64,000 nt of DNA from Podarcis vaucheri (Eukaryota): assembly GCA_965113315.1 (NCBI GenBank), contig OZ220365.1; one strand, written 5' to 3'. The notes under the pieces were generated by a model. The model had not been told where the DNA came from. It ran no database searches and saw nothing but the letters and a program-made list of their open reading frames with translations. The position numbers and the translations under genes were made by a program. Shown one piece after another: positions 12,601 to 23,167 of the stretch (the first letter of the stretch is position 1; every line of letters begins with the position of its first letter).

Positions 12601-15600
12601 TTTCTTAACAAATCATTCACACACTATTTTGTCCCCTTCTGCTAGGCAAATGGCATTCCTTGCATTCGTAAAATGCTCTTCATGAGGCTGTTTACAATTC
12701 TCAGGAGTAATAGTAATAGAATAAAAATCTACACTCCAGTCATGTATTTACATGTTTGCATTTCTCTTGCACTAGCCTATTTGAAGATGAGAAAGAAGTA
12801 TTTGTTCAGTTCTTGAATCTCAAACAGGTTAGAGCCTATTAATAGCTATTTCCAAACAAAAGTTGAGAACAGAACTGAGGAACTGGAATACCCCCTGGCT
12901 ATTTTCTTTAACCCTACAACAAATCTGAACTATGAAACGAGCACCTTTCTTCAAGCTGCAATGACCTGTTTCTTCATTTCACTAAAGAGGTTAGCAGTTC
13001 ATTTCCAAGGTGCACAACCCTATGTAGTACCCCCCTTCAAGTAAAAGTATGTGCAACACCATTGAATTACTAATTTCTGGAAGTTAAAATGTTAAAAGAC
13101 TACTGTCTCGTCTATCTTTTCCTGTGTCTGTAGGTTCAGTTGAGCAGCTGACTATTTCCACAGCTTTGAATGCTCAAAAACTGTTTTAAAGTCAAGTTTA
13201 CCTGTACTTCCGAGTCGGCAGACTGTAACAAAAGGGTGAGGACTGGAAGAGCACCTTGTCGAAACAAAATTTGCTGAATCCATTCTGCAAGGGAAGAGTG
13301 GTATTGCTAATGAGCTATTTTGACCAAATGAACATGCTCTTTATCATCACTGCATAGTTAAGAGCTAAAAATAGCATCTTCTGGGAATAAGCCCAATTGG
13401 AATCAATTGGCTTTCCCACTGAGTAGACATGATTTAGCATTGTACTTGAAGTAAAACATTTCATTTTAAAGAAAACAATAGCTTTGACGATAAGTTTCCC
13501 TTGCCACAAATTTCTGTGTCAATGTGCTTGGCCCATTGAAATAAATCCTCTGCAGCCTAATACCTGATTGTGTGAGGTTGAAAATTGCTCCAACTGCATT
13601 TTGTTGGACTCTTGGATCGTAGGATTTAGAAAGGGCCAGTAAGGGTACCACTCCTCCTGCTGCTGCGATGGCTTCATGGCTGACATCTGGCAAAACAACA
13701 GGGCAAAATAGAAATCAACAAGGTTTCTTTGGAGGAAGAAGTATCCATGTTCCTCCAGGCACACTTCGAAGAACAGAGAGTGGACAGCATAAAACAGTTG
13801 CAGCATATGAGTTGGGGGTCCTGGGTGCCTAGTGGCAGAATGAATAATGTTAAAAGTTTACCATCAGGTTTTTGTGAAGCTTATTGCTATGGGTCACCTG
13901 ACTTTAGAAAGTACACTTCATTATTTATTAAGATTTGAACCCAGGACTCCAAGGCCAACTTTATATTTATTGCACAGTATGGGGCCAGTGACTAGGCAGT
14001 TCTTAGGCAATCCTGGAGGACTGCATTGGCTCCACTTGTGCGTCTGTGAAGCACCAAGCGTGTCACCACCCGGAGCCATCTAGGTAAACTACAGTCAAAC
14101 TGGTGTCAGAAGTGTGCCTCCACAAGCTCTGCCCCACTACACTGGCCACGACTAGTTATAGCATACCAGTGTGAATAATCCACTCTGCTCGCAGAATTCA
14201 GCTCTTCTTGATTCAGAATTTATATAACGATAAGGCACATCATTACCTCCCAATCACAAGGTGTGGATGTGACATTGTCCCCGGACCTGATTATTGCGCT
14301 ATGCTTTGGGCACGCTCCTCACCTGTGACAGCTAGTGTCATTATGCAGGCACAGGAATTACACTGGACCGTGGCATCTTCAGACTCAAGCAGTTCCAGAA
14401 TTGGCTCAATTAGATCCATTTGGACGACATGATCCTTGGTTACTGTTTGTCAGTAAAAGCAGGAGTAAATGTTATTTTTAAAGTGCCTTTAATTCAGCTA
14501 TATACTGGAGAGAGAAAAGGATTGCCATCAGCACACAGTATCAGTACATCTTACACCGGAATAAATGATTTCTCATCCTTTTGGTACGAGAAGTAAGCAA
14601 AACCTATCCTCTGAATGAATGCTTCCCCCCCCAAAAAAAAAAAACCCCACACATTTTATCAGGGCAAACATCCATCCTACTGATTATCACTTTTTAGTAT
14701 AGGAATTTATATCTTGCCCTTCAAATAAAATACCAGGGCAACTAGACAGTGGTAGTTCCTAAGATCACAGCAGATGCTGATGGAGACTTAAGGATATGGT
14801 ATCTTGGGCATTTACTCACCATTTCCTTCCAGTAAGAAATTCACAAGGGACGACGATGAAATCTGCTGAACCTCCAAGTCATTAGACTTCAACAAAGCAT
14901 AGTATATTTCCAGATGCTCTCGAGGCAGCTGGATGTTCACTGCAAGAATGAGATGAAATGCTGATTGTAAAAAGCTCTTCTGGAACACTTTCCCCTTACA
15001 TCTTCAAACAGTTGATGCTTTTAGAGCAACACCTAGATGGCCTGCTTTGCTTTTCAAAATACCTTGTAGCCCTCCTTCCAGCTGTCTGTGCAAATTCACA
15101 TGAAAACTAAACCTGTATTACTTATTTTTACTAGCCCCTCTTCTGCCAACCTCTCATATGAGTAAAAAGCCAGCTAGCACTCGCCCACCTCTATAAAATA
15201 ATAAAATGGGAGACTAGTAACAAAAGTTACTGCCACATTATCTGAGCTCCAAGTAAATATCCACAGAACTTGCATTAGAAGGGGCTAGACCCAATTCACA
15301 CATTCTAGGGAACCAATAAGACTGCCTTGGGCACAACTCAGCTATGTTTGGGATAAATTGTTTTGCTTCTCCAGGTTTCTACAAATTTTCAAAAAAGAGA
15401 GTATGGAATGGATCTTACAGTTTTGATGATTTATGTTCAAGTAATACAGAGCAGCAGACTTTTGCAAGCCAGGGTTCTCTGAAAACGCCAAGGTCCTCAG
15501 AGCCTCCAGGGAGACTTTGCCAAGTGGTGACATTTCAAAACCTTAAGAAAGATGTGATAATAACAGAGTCTGAATTGTGTCAGAAGAAGTTAAATACCTG

Positions 15601-16639
15601 AAGAGTCCAAATGCACAGAATTTAAAGCAACAGATAAAACACAAGAGAGACAAACTTTCATGTAGGAATATTCTCTCATTTAAAATTAGCATACTAGATA
15701 GAGCTAAACAAATGACCGCAAAAACTATTAATCCCCCCATTCGTTTTTGCAGTCCAAACCTCATGTGAGGAAAAAAGTTGTTATATATGCCAGTTTGTGA
15801 GAGTAGTTGGGACATTCCAAACTTGGATTTCTGTTACTGTATTTAGCAAACCAGCTTAGCCATGCTATTTCCTTGATTATCAAGGATGAAAACAAAAGAT
15901 GGGAGCACTTAAGAGTTGGAAGAAGTGGACAGCATTCCATTTGACGTCTTTCTGTTTTCAAATAATAAATTCAAATCCAATCCTCTAATACCTAATAGGT
16001 TTTTACAGAGAGTATTTCAGTGTTGGCTTAGGAAAGTGCTCGTGCTTGTAGCAAAAGTGTTTTTTAGTCTTTGAAGATGCCACAATGTTTTTTGTTGCTT
16101 TTATGCAACAGGCTAACAGGTCTACCCCTTGCTATGATGCCTTTTGTAGAACTGGGAATTCAAATGCTGAATGAGAGTAATTTAATCAATCAGCCTGGAA
16201 CTGGGATCCACTGCTTTGTCTGAATATTTGGTGCTGGTGAAATACTGGTTCCCCCATTCTCCCTCCATTGCTCTTAAGAGCAGAAGCATAAACAGCTCTG
16301 TGTCATTCACTTTATAGGATCACTGAACTGCATGATCTTAAACAAAGCAACCGAGCTCAAGTAAACATCTCTCCAACTTTGGCTGCCCCACCTTCATAAC
16401 AGAAACTTCTCACCTCTTTCAATCTGCTGCAGAAACTCCTGAGCAATCTCCTCTTCCTGGGTCTGAAGGGCAGGCTTGTATAGCTGCTTTGTTTTAAAGT
16501 TTTTCCGCTTCAGACAGGGGCACTCATGGATCTGACCCAAGCACTCCTGAATATCCTGCACCAGACCCAAAGACAGTGTTTTTACTGAGAGAGCCAAGTC
16601 ACAAAGCAACTGGACACACTTTGTACACAGCTGACCCAT
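3530..16639 (-). CDS. Vac8-like armadillo-repeat protein, 14 coding exons, 576 aa (whole CDS span)
   Basis: Exons on minus strand: 16639-16414, 15541-15419, 14939-14820, 14442-14323, 13686-13564, 13284-13202, 12117-11992, 11019-10974, 9606-9473, 7947-7819, 6609-6492, 5812-5678, 4610-4485, 3651-3530. All introns GT-AG with matching phases; total 1731 nt = 576 aa + TGA. Peptides such as [47 protein letters not shown] and EVQYYSCAALSNMA track yeast Vac8 ([61 protein letters not shown]; from memory). Confidence 0.88.
4485..4610 (-). CDS. Vac8-like exon 13 (KEVVSLLKPHMSKVQQYLIKYLIHQENRFQHLGISTLCILQK)
   Basis: gcacag| acceptor, G|GTATGG donor; resembles Vac8 FLIRFLKSDYATFEHIALWTILQL. Confidence 0.83.
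5678..5812 (-). CDS. Vac8-like exon 12 (EGATVRMLESVDDSVVCSLATLAGQLEQAELPFHAALVIKHLLQH)
   Basis: caccag| acceptor, A|GTACGT donor; 135 nt, phase 1-1. Confidence 0.82.
6492..6609 (-). CDS. Vac8-like exon 11 (RVIESPCIEGLFQAVQSIDFLEEESLHCVMSCLVDLMKH)
   Basis: ttgcag| acceptor, G|GTAAGG donor. Confidence 0.83.
7090..7420 (+). mobile_element. Degraded L2-type LINE 3' fragment
   Basis: GGGCCTTTTCTGCAGTTGCTCCC...TGGAATGCTCTCCC (RAFS..AP.LWN.LP-like) followed by a T-rich tail. Confidence 0.5.
7819..7947 (-). CDS. Vac8-like exon 10 (DALMCDEVLQAVGNLLLAWKMDPVIVGHAACFIKNLSLSRSIE)
   Basis: ctgcag| acceptor, GAG|GTGAGT donor. Confidence 0.87.
9473..9606 (-). CDS. Vac8-like exon 9 (ESGQTSIVALQIPSHLLPLLASNKKDTQHNSIILLRILSQHPDNQ)
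   Basis: aaacag| acceptor, CAG|GTACAC donor; phase-compatible. Confidence 0.85.
10280..10300. repeat. (TG)n microsatellite
   Basis: Direct observation. Confidence 0.9.
10974..11019 (-). CDS. Vac8-like exon 8 (VSNQACVCLRNLAAS)
   Basis: 46-nt exon, actag| acceptor, G|GTAAGT donor; matches Vac8 VKCQATLALRNLAS. Confidence 0.88.
11344..11534. mobile_element. Degenerate palindromic MITE
   Basis: Ends AAGGTGCATACACACCAT... / ...ATGGTGTGTATGCAGCCTT are inverted repeats; inner CTGTAGTTTA / TAAACTACAG are also inverted. Confidence 0.6.
11992..12117 (-). CDS. Vac8-like exon 7 (YYSCAALSNMATNSQHHKAMLQTSDRFLLRMLLFLLYSSVDK)
   Basis: ttacag| acceptor, AAG|GTAAAG donor; phase 0. Confidence 0.9.
13202..13284 (-). 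CDS. Vac8-like exon 6 (EWIQQILFRQGALPVLTLLLQSADSEVQ)
   Basis: ttgcag| acceptor, CAG|GTAAAC donor. Confidence 0.9.
13564..13686 (-). CDS. Vac8-like exon 5 ([41 protein letters not shown])
   Basis: tgccag| acceptor, G|GTATTA donor; textbook ARM repeat. Confidence 0.9.
14323..14442 (-). CDS. Vac8-like exon 4 ([40 protein letters not shown])
   Basis: aaacag| acceptor, G|GTGAGG donor; 120 nt ARM repeat. Confidence 0.88.
14820..14939 (-). CDS. Vac8-like exon 3 (LNIQLPREHLEIYYALLKSNDLEVQQISSSSLVNFLLEGN)
   Basis: ttgcag| acceptor, G|GTGAGT donor; 120 nt. Confidence 0.88.
15419..15541 (-). CDS. Vac8-like exon 2 ([41 protein letters not shown])
   Basis: cttaag| acceptor, T|GTAAGA donor; 123 nt; ARM-like. 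Confidence 0.88.
16414..16639 (-). CDS. Vac8-like coding exon 1 (MGQLCTKC...QQIER)
   Basis: ATG in AATCATGG context; donor G|GTGAGA; phase 1. Confidence 0.85.
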
Positions 16640-17319
16640 GATTAACTTTCGGATCCAACAGAAAATCAGAAATGCAGACTGAGAGTTTGTACTCCCGCTG
16701 TTGCTCCTGTGTTCCCTTGTACTGGCAGATTGTGATCTAGATATCTCAAAAAATAATTATCTAGACAAGTTGGGAGGAAAAGCTACTGCTGCTTTCTGTG
16801 TCCAAGCAGCATGGCTGAGCAAAATCTAACCGCTGTTCTCTCTTGCGAAGCATAAGAAATACTTTTAAAACTTTAGGCTGCAGCCGGGGGTGATCACCTT
16901 TCCTCTATTTTAGGAAAGAGAAAAATTAGGCGGTCAAACAAAAACTGTACATTCAGAATCCACCTCTGTTCTGTAGCAGAGAAATCATGTTTTGTATGCC
17001 AAGAATAAGGTCAACTGTTTTGGAAGGCTAGCAGCAACAGCCTCTGGGATAACAAACAAAAGAATGCTTGCATATTGTGGAGTGACATCATGGGTGAGGG
17101 CAGCACACCTGCTGGGCTCCACCTCTACAACTGAGCTGCCAATCAGAAAAGACAAAAAATAATAATAAACTAACAAGAAATTCCAGTTTCTACCAGACAG
17201 AAACAATAGTACTGTCTGGTTGGCCGGCCGGCCATAATGGCTTTGAATACTTCACGTAGGCAAACGCAGAAGAATACACAAATGCAACCACAATCATTAA
17301 CATTTAGTTTGCTATCCCT

Positions 17320-17710
17320 CCCACTTTGATGTCATCTGCAAATTTGATGAGCATCCCCTCAATTCCTTCACCCAAGTTGCTTATAAGGACACCACAGGAG
17401 CCAACTCCTAGGGGCAGAACCCTGCAGCACGACACTTGCCACTTTCCCCCAGGATGATGGGGAAACATAATGGGTCTTAGTAATCACAGCATCATTTTCC
17501 TACTACCTACACCAAGTTGACCAGTTTGTAGTTACCTGGTGTGTGGGGGAGACATTTGCCCACCTCCAGTCTGCAGGGACCTAAACCTAATCCAAGAATG
17601 CTCAAAGATTATAGACAGAGGCTTTGAGATTACACCCACAAGCTCCTTTAGTAGCCTTGAATGCAGCTCATCAGGCCATGGAGATCTGAATTCATTTAAA
17701 GTAGCTTAGC
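17320..17710 (-). mobile_element. CR1 LINE reverse-transcriptase fragment
   Basis: Minus strand of 17331-17351 reads CTCATCAAATTTGCAGATGAC = LIKFADD (RT catalytic motif). Confidence 0.65.
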
Positions 17711-17797
17711 TGTTTCTTTACCACCTCTTTTCTTATCTTAGTCTGTCCTGACTTCTATTAAGCCAAATTTCATCCTTACTTCCTGGCCACTGCCTCC

Positions 17798-17940
17798 AAT
17801 CATAGAATATTAGAATTGTAGAGTTGGAAGGAACTACAAGAGTCATCTAACCCAACCCCCTGCAATGCAGGAACCTTTTGCCCAACATTGGACTCGAACT
17901 CACAGCCCTGAGATTAAGAGTCTCATACCGACTGAGCTAT
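17798..17940 (-). mobile_element. tRNA-derived SINE with CR1-like tail
   Basis: Minus strand starts ATAGCTCAGTCGG (A box), has GAGTTCGAGTCC (B box) and ends CCTTCCAACTCTACAATTCTA..TTCTATGAT. Confidence 0.65.
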
Positions 17941-18317
17941 CACAATCAGTACATAAAATCCTACATAAAATAAATATAAATACCACATGGTGCAAATATT
18001 CAATTTATTCCAAAGGCCTGAATGCATAAATGCCCTTCAAGTGGCAACAAATTGACAATACTGAGGGGGGCAGTCATTTCAACAATGAGATGTAGTTCCA
18101 CAATTGTGGTGCTGTCACAGAGAAGGTCCTGCTCCGCATATGGGCAACATATTCAGCAGCACAGCAAGCAGGGATGTGCTTGATCGAAAATTTGGGGTTT
18201 GACTCAAGAAAATCACTATTTTATATTTCAAAATGGGAAAAATAAATACAGTAAATGGACAAAAGTACAGAGGTTCAAAAAATGTTTAGGGGACCCCTGC
18301 GTCCCCCCAGAAAAAAC

Positions 18318-18354
18318 CACATACTATACTATATTATACTATACTATACTATAC
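18318..18354. repeat. (ATACT)n pentanucleotide repeat
   Basis: Direct observation. Confidence 0.8.
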
Positions 18355-19499
18355 CTAAATTGCTTAAACTTATACTACTGTAAGTGATATATAACGATAG
18401 CAGCATGAGTGAAGAGTGCCACCTATTGATATGTTCTGTCCTTAGAGTCATAAAGTATACAATACGGCTTCTTTCCCTACCTATTCAATTTTGTAAAGAC
18501 CCACAATGTACAAGCGATAGATGACAGAAGCTGCTTTATTTCTTTCGTAAATTGTTGCTTATAAGGTATTTACAAGAGGTGTGCTTTGGCTCTCTGTGAA
18601 GCCTAAATGACAATGTGAAATGAGGGATTTGGACAGTATGTACATGCCCAGGTCAGATTGTGCTGTTAATAAGGTGTCTCATGTTGAATCAGGGATACTC
18701 TAAAGTCCCAAGTCACTTTGTGGACTTAAGTGCTCATATATGGCAAAACCATGCCAGCTAGGCAAACACCATAACCTTGAGTGGGGAAGGAACTGAGAGG
18801 TTGGGAGCATCTTTCATTTTGATGGATGGACAGGTCTAGGTTTCAATAACAGTGGATCATTTCCCCAGGACACTCCATGTGAAAACGGATAGGGTCAGTT
18901 AGCCAGTTTTAAAACATGGGTTCTATGAAATTGAAATGCTAAGTAATGATGGTTGGGATTGATGGGGATGGAACTGATGGCTGGGAAATGAGCTCAGCGT
19001 TAGCGCCAAAGGTACAGAAGCTGACTGGATGGCAAGAAACAAGTTGCTGTATCTCAGTCCAACCTACATTAAATGGATGTTGTGATGCTACAACGCTGTT
19101 CTAAAACAACAAGAAGAGTTTTGTGGCACCTTACAGGGTAACAATTGTGGCATGAATTTGTTTTAAGATGCCACGGAACTATTCATTCTTTATGCAGCAA
19201 CGGACTCAAAAGACTGAAAAATGCCATTCTATACTTTTCCCAAGAAAGGGCACAATAAACTAAAAAGAGAAGTGCAAAGTAGGAGACTGTACAGTATCCT
19301 GGATTTGAACCAAGGAACGCAGCTCAATGGCTGGCTTTAAGGCAGTTACACAATTTCCCTGCTAACCCTATGCGCGAACATTTTCCTAAATGAGCAAAAT
19401 AATGAGAACCCGAAATTATCTGCCCTTATGTTTTCCCCAAAACTATGGCGTAATCCCGCAGCTATAGCAAAACTCTGAAGACTCGAGCAATCAGCCCTA

Positions 19500-20900
19500 T
19501 TTATTACCCGTGATTTGTTGCGCAGACGATACCTAACAAGAAAAAAAAAGCGCCACAGGGCGCATGCGCCTCAGCAGCATAGGCTTTTCCCTCCGTGTCC
19601 TTCCCGCACAAGGAAAGATCACGTGAGCCCGAAGACTTCCTGCCAGGGCAGCTAGCGTCACTCACACCGCCTCGGCCGCTTCTAACCGCCATCTTTCATA
19701 CGGGTAGCCGGAGACGCCAAGGTAAAGAGGTCATATTTCCTCTCCGCCCTCTCTCCGAGCGGAAGTGATGCCATCGTGCTATTCTAACGTCGCAGAAAGT
19801 GGTTTTCTCTCTCTATGGTTGTTCCTTCCTCTCTGTCTCTCTCCCCCGCCACCCCCCATTTCTTTTCCTTCGCCGAGACTGGAAATGGCCGCCGAGCGGT
19901 AGAGAGCCGAAGGGGAGCTGTCGCTCAGAGAAGGGTGAGCCATAGCCAACGCAGGACTTGGAACGGCCCGAGGAGGGCTGGAACCAGAGAGGTCTTTTGC
20001 CTGCTCGGGTTTTTCCTCGGACGCCATGGGTGCCGCTCCCTCCAAACACCCCCCCCCACCGCCAGCTTTCGGAGCTCCGGCGCGAGAAGCCTCGTTAGCG
20101 CGCTCGGCAACCCTCCCCCGCCCCCCGCTTCCAGACGCCGTTATTTTTTGAAAAATTCCCTCGAGTTCTTCCCTTCGCAACCCCCCCCCCTTTTTCTAAC
20201 TGAAGGCGGGGGAGGGGCTTGGTCTGCCTCACAAGGGCGGGAGGAACTGAGGGGGAGGGGGACTAGAGGCGGCTCCCATCTCCCTCACGCACACACTGCG
20301 CGCAGCCTCCCTTGTTTGGACCAGGGCCCGTCATCTCTCCCCGCTCCCTACCGCCTCTTTCCCCCATGGGGCGGGGGGGGAGGAAACAGGTAGGCCGGAA
20401 CGAGGCCGGCTGGGCGGGCCCAAGGAGAGCGGCCCGCCTCGCCCCTCGAGAGCCGGGGGGGGGGGCGTCGCTTTCTGATTAGTCTTTTCCGCGCGACGAG
20501 CGGCGCCTGATAACGTTTTGACTTGCCTCCATCTTTCGCCACCCTGACCAATCAGTTGAAGGGCGACGAGGTGTAGCTAGGGGGAAGGAGAGAGTCCTTG
20601 GCAGCCTCCCGGCACACTCGCCGCACCGAAGGCCCTAAATGGATGCCTCGAACACGCATGTCGCCATGCATGTGTCCTGCCAGGCAGCTGCCCGTAACTG
20701 GCTGCAGCTCCCAGTTGAGCACCAGACCTTTTGTTGAGAAAGGCGAAAAGGTTTGCAGAGTACAGTAGTCAGTGGATCGAGCCTTCTTCACACAGTGCCA
20801 GGACTCTGGGCAAGTCCGCACGATTAAATTTGCTTCCAAATGATGCTCAAGAGTGTTTCGCGGGAGGCCTTATATTGGAGAAAGGGGGTGTATCCTTAAG
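19500..20900. promoter_or_regulatory. BCLAF1: CpG island / BCLAF1 promoter
   Basis: High CpG density; NRF1 palindrome GCGCATGCGC 19560-19569, E-box TCACGTGA 19619-19626, YY1 CCGCCATCTT 19686-19695, ETS CGGAAGTG 19760-19767; first donor G|GTGAGC at 19934/19935. Confidence 0.85.
19780..19934 (+). other. BCLAF1: BCLAF1 non-coding exon 1 (5' start approximate)
   Basis: Follows the promoter motif cluster; ends at donor AAGG|GTGAGC. Confidence 0.65.
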
Positions 20901-22370
20901 AATTTCATTACCAACAGATACAAAAAACGACTTATCGCAGTAATTTGCAGTATCTTTCAACTACAGCAGTGTGTGGATATTGCCCCAGGCTCATGCAAAT
21001 GTGTCCTCTGAGAGCAGCACCTGGAGGTAAAATTTACAGTGTGATCCAAGCCCTTTCAATTCATTTCATGTGATTGAGCTTACCCAAGTCAAAGCAAGAA
21101 AAGAGTTGTTAATTATGACTCTTTGCCTCATTCTCCACAGTGAACTTGGTATAATTATTATTTGGCACTTGGGAAGCTGCCTTACACCAAGTCAGCTGCA
21201 TTCTGTGGTTTCAGTCTTTTCCTTGCTGTATCCGGGGCATGTCAATCAGCAGTTGCTCTACCATTGAGCTATGGTTCTTGATATGGTATACTTCCTTCTC
21301 TAAGTATTAAGATCTTCAAATAGCATTAAGGGAGATTGTATTGGCAAATTGTATTAGGGCTTGTACCTGTACTTTCACTCAGGAAAGAAAAGACTTCACT
21401 GTTAGGCTGCAACATTTTCCAAATTATGATGGCAAAGAACAGGTCACTTATACCTGAGAAGGTTTTACTTTCAGAGTGTAAATGTCAGGATTACTTGCTC
21501 TCCTGTTCTGAAAGCTAGTAAGCCTAGCTCAGTGACTCACACTGAGATGGAACAGGCAGTCTACTCTGTCTGCATCAGAAGTAATTGAATGGTCAAGTCA
21601 CACTTGATAGTGGTGGTAGAATATTCCAACATCAGCAGAGGCTTATCAGAAAAAACAAGCTGGATCAGTAAATCATGCAAAATGCAGCAGGAATGCTCCT
21701 TAATGAATGGGTGTGTCATGCTTATTATTATTTTAAGCAGTCTAACTGCTGTACCAAACAAGCTCTCATTTATGTATCTTGGGAGTGTGTACTGGAGGGT
21801 GGCTCATAGCTTTTCTTTTTTAATGTTTTCTTTAATGAGATTTGCATAGACAATAAAAAAAAATCAAGCTGAAAAATTATTGAGTACCTTCTTAAGAACT
21901 ATACCTTGAGGGAAGACAGAAGGAAGAAGTTTAGACCAGGGAACAGATTTCATCAGCTCCTGACAGAACCATCACAGTTCTACAGAACGCTTAGGCCAGC
22001 AGAAGGGTGGTATATAAATGACATCTTGGAGTTATTGCTGTAGGGTTAATAAGTAACAGCACTGTTACTTACTAGTCAGAACATGTTTTGAAGAGAGTCC
22101 ATTGTACTTTCCCGTGTTAGAAGTATAAATCACTTTAAAAGTGGCTAGTAAGTGGTGCAGATTAGTATGTGCAGTATTTTTCTCCCATTATGGATTTGTC
22201 ATAGACTTGCAGTTCTGGAAGCATTGTGAGATGTGTTCATTTGGGTTGGTTGTTACCAGATAACATTAAAAATGTGTGATTAATTTTAATCTGGCTTTTT
22301 TAAATAAAAAAGTTCATTTTTATCTTGCTAAATGTGTAGGTTTACATTGCTTGGTCTGAGAACACACATT

Positions 22371-22500
22371 GAAGCTTAAGTTAAACAGGTCTGGTAACTA
22401 GTTAGCACCTGGATGGGAGACGACCTGATAATCCCATATATTCCACTTTGAGCTCTATGATGAAAGAAAGACAGGATATAAATGCACTAAATAAAATAAA
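22371..22500 (+). mobile_element. 5S rRNA-derived SINE fragment
   Basis: GAAGCTTAAG..CAGGTCTGG..GTTAGCACCTGGATGGGAGACGACCTG resembles the 5S internal control region (GAAGCTAAGCAGGGTCGGGCCTGGTTAGTACTTGGATGGGAGACCGCCTG); AATAA-type tail. Confidence 0.55.
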
Positions 22501-23167
22501 TTCTTTAACTATTCTGAAATACTGAAAATTGCATTCATATTCAGAAAAGAGGCAGGTATTGAGGTATAAGCAGCCATATATGTTGAGCATATATTTTTTG
22601 TGATTCATTGAGAGCTCTTACATGCAGAAAATGTTTTCTGTGTGTGTCCTTTATACCATTGTTCAGCACTTGAGGTGGATTGGGCACTGCATTCAGAGGC
22701 AAAGAGCATTGGCACCTTCACATCAGGATAGGGCCTTAGATTTAGGTTTCCTGTTGCTCCCAAGCAGGTAAGGGGCTCTGACTAAGCTCTGGCTTTTATG
22801 CCCCAAACCCAAACATCTTTATTAATTTGTGGCACCACAATAGGTGGTGGCACTAGGATAGGTTACTGTAAGATACAAGAATGTTGTGAGACAATGCTTA
22901 TATATTCTTACTGAGCAATTTTTGGAAAGGCCAATAAATTAAGTCAATGTGAACATGTACTGTATTTCTGAACAATCAACTTAAACTCAGCAGGCTGTGA
23001 GACAGTGTTGCACTGAGTAAATGTTGCTTTGAGTTTGAAACAACATAACCCACCACATCAGACTGTGCTTCAGATCTTCTCTGTTTAAATACTTCAAGCA
23101 TTTTTTAAAACCTGTATTAACTATGCAGTCAAATAACATTTGCTTTTGTTTTGTTTTTTAAAAACAG

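Noticed and set aside
3530-16639. Fungal contamination or recent horizontal transfer as the source of the Vac8-like gene
   Set aside because: The introns are vertebrate-sized, contain reptile-type repeats, and the gene is contiguous with BCLAF1.
19779-20839. Several 60-190 aa ORFs on both strands in the BCLAF1 CpG island
   Set aside because: GC-rich sequence lacks stop codons; the products are low-complexity Gly/Pro/Arg strings crossing the exon-1 donor with no recognisable domain.
22371-22440. Functional 5S rRNA gene
   Set aside because: Partial and diverged, with a SINE-like tail; treated as a 5S-derived repeat.
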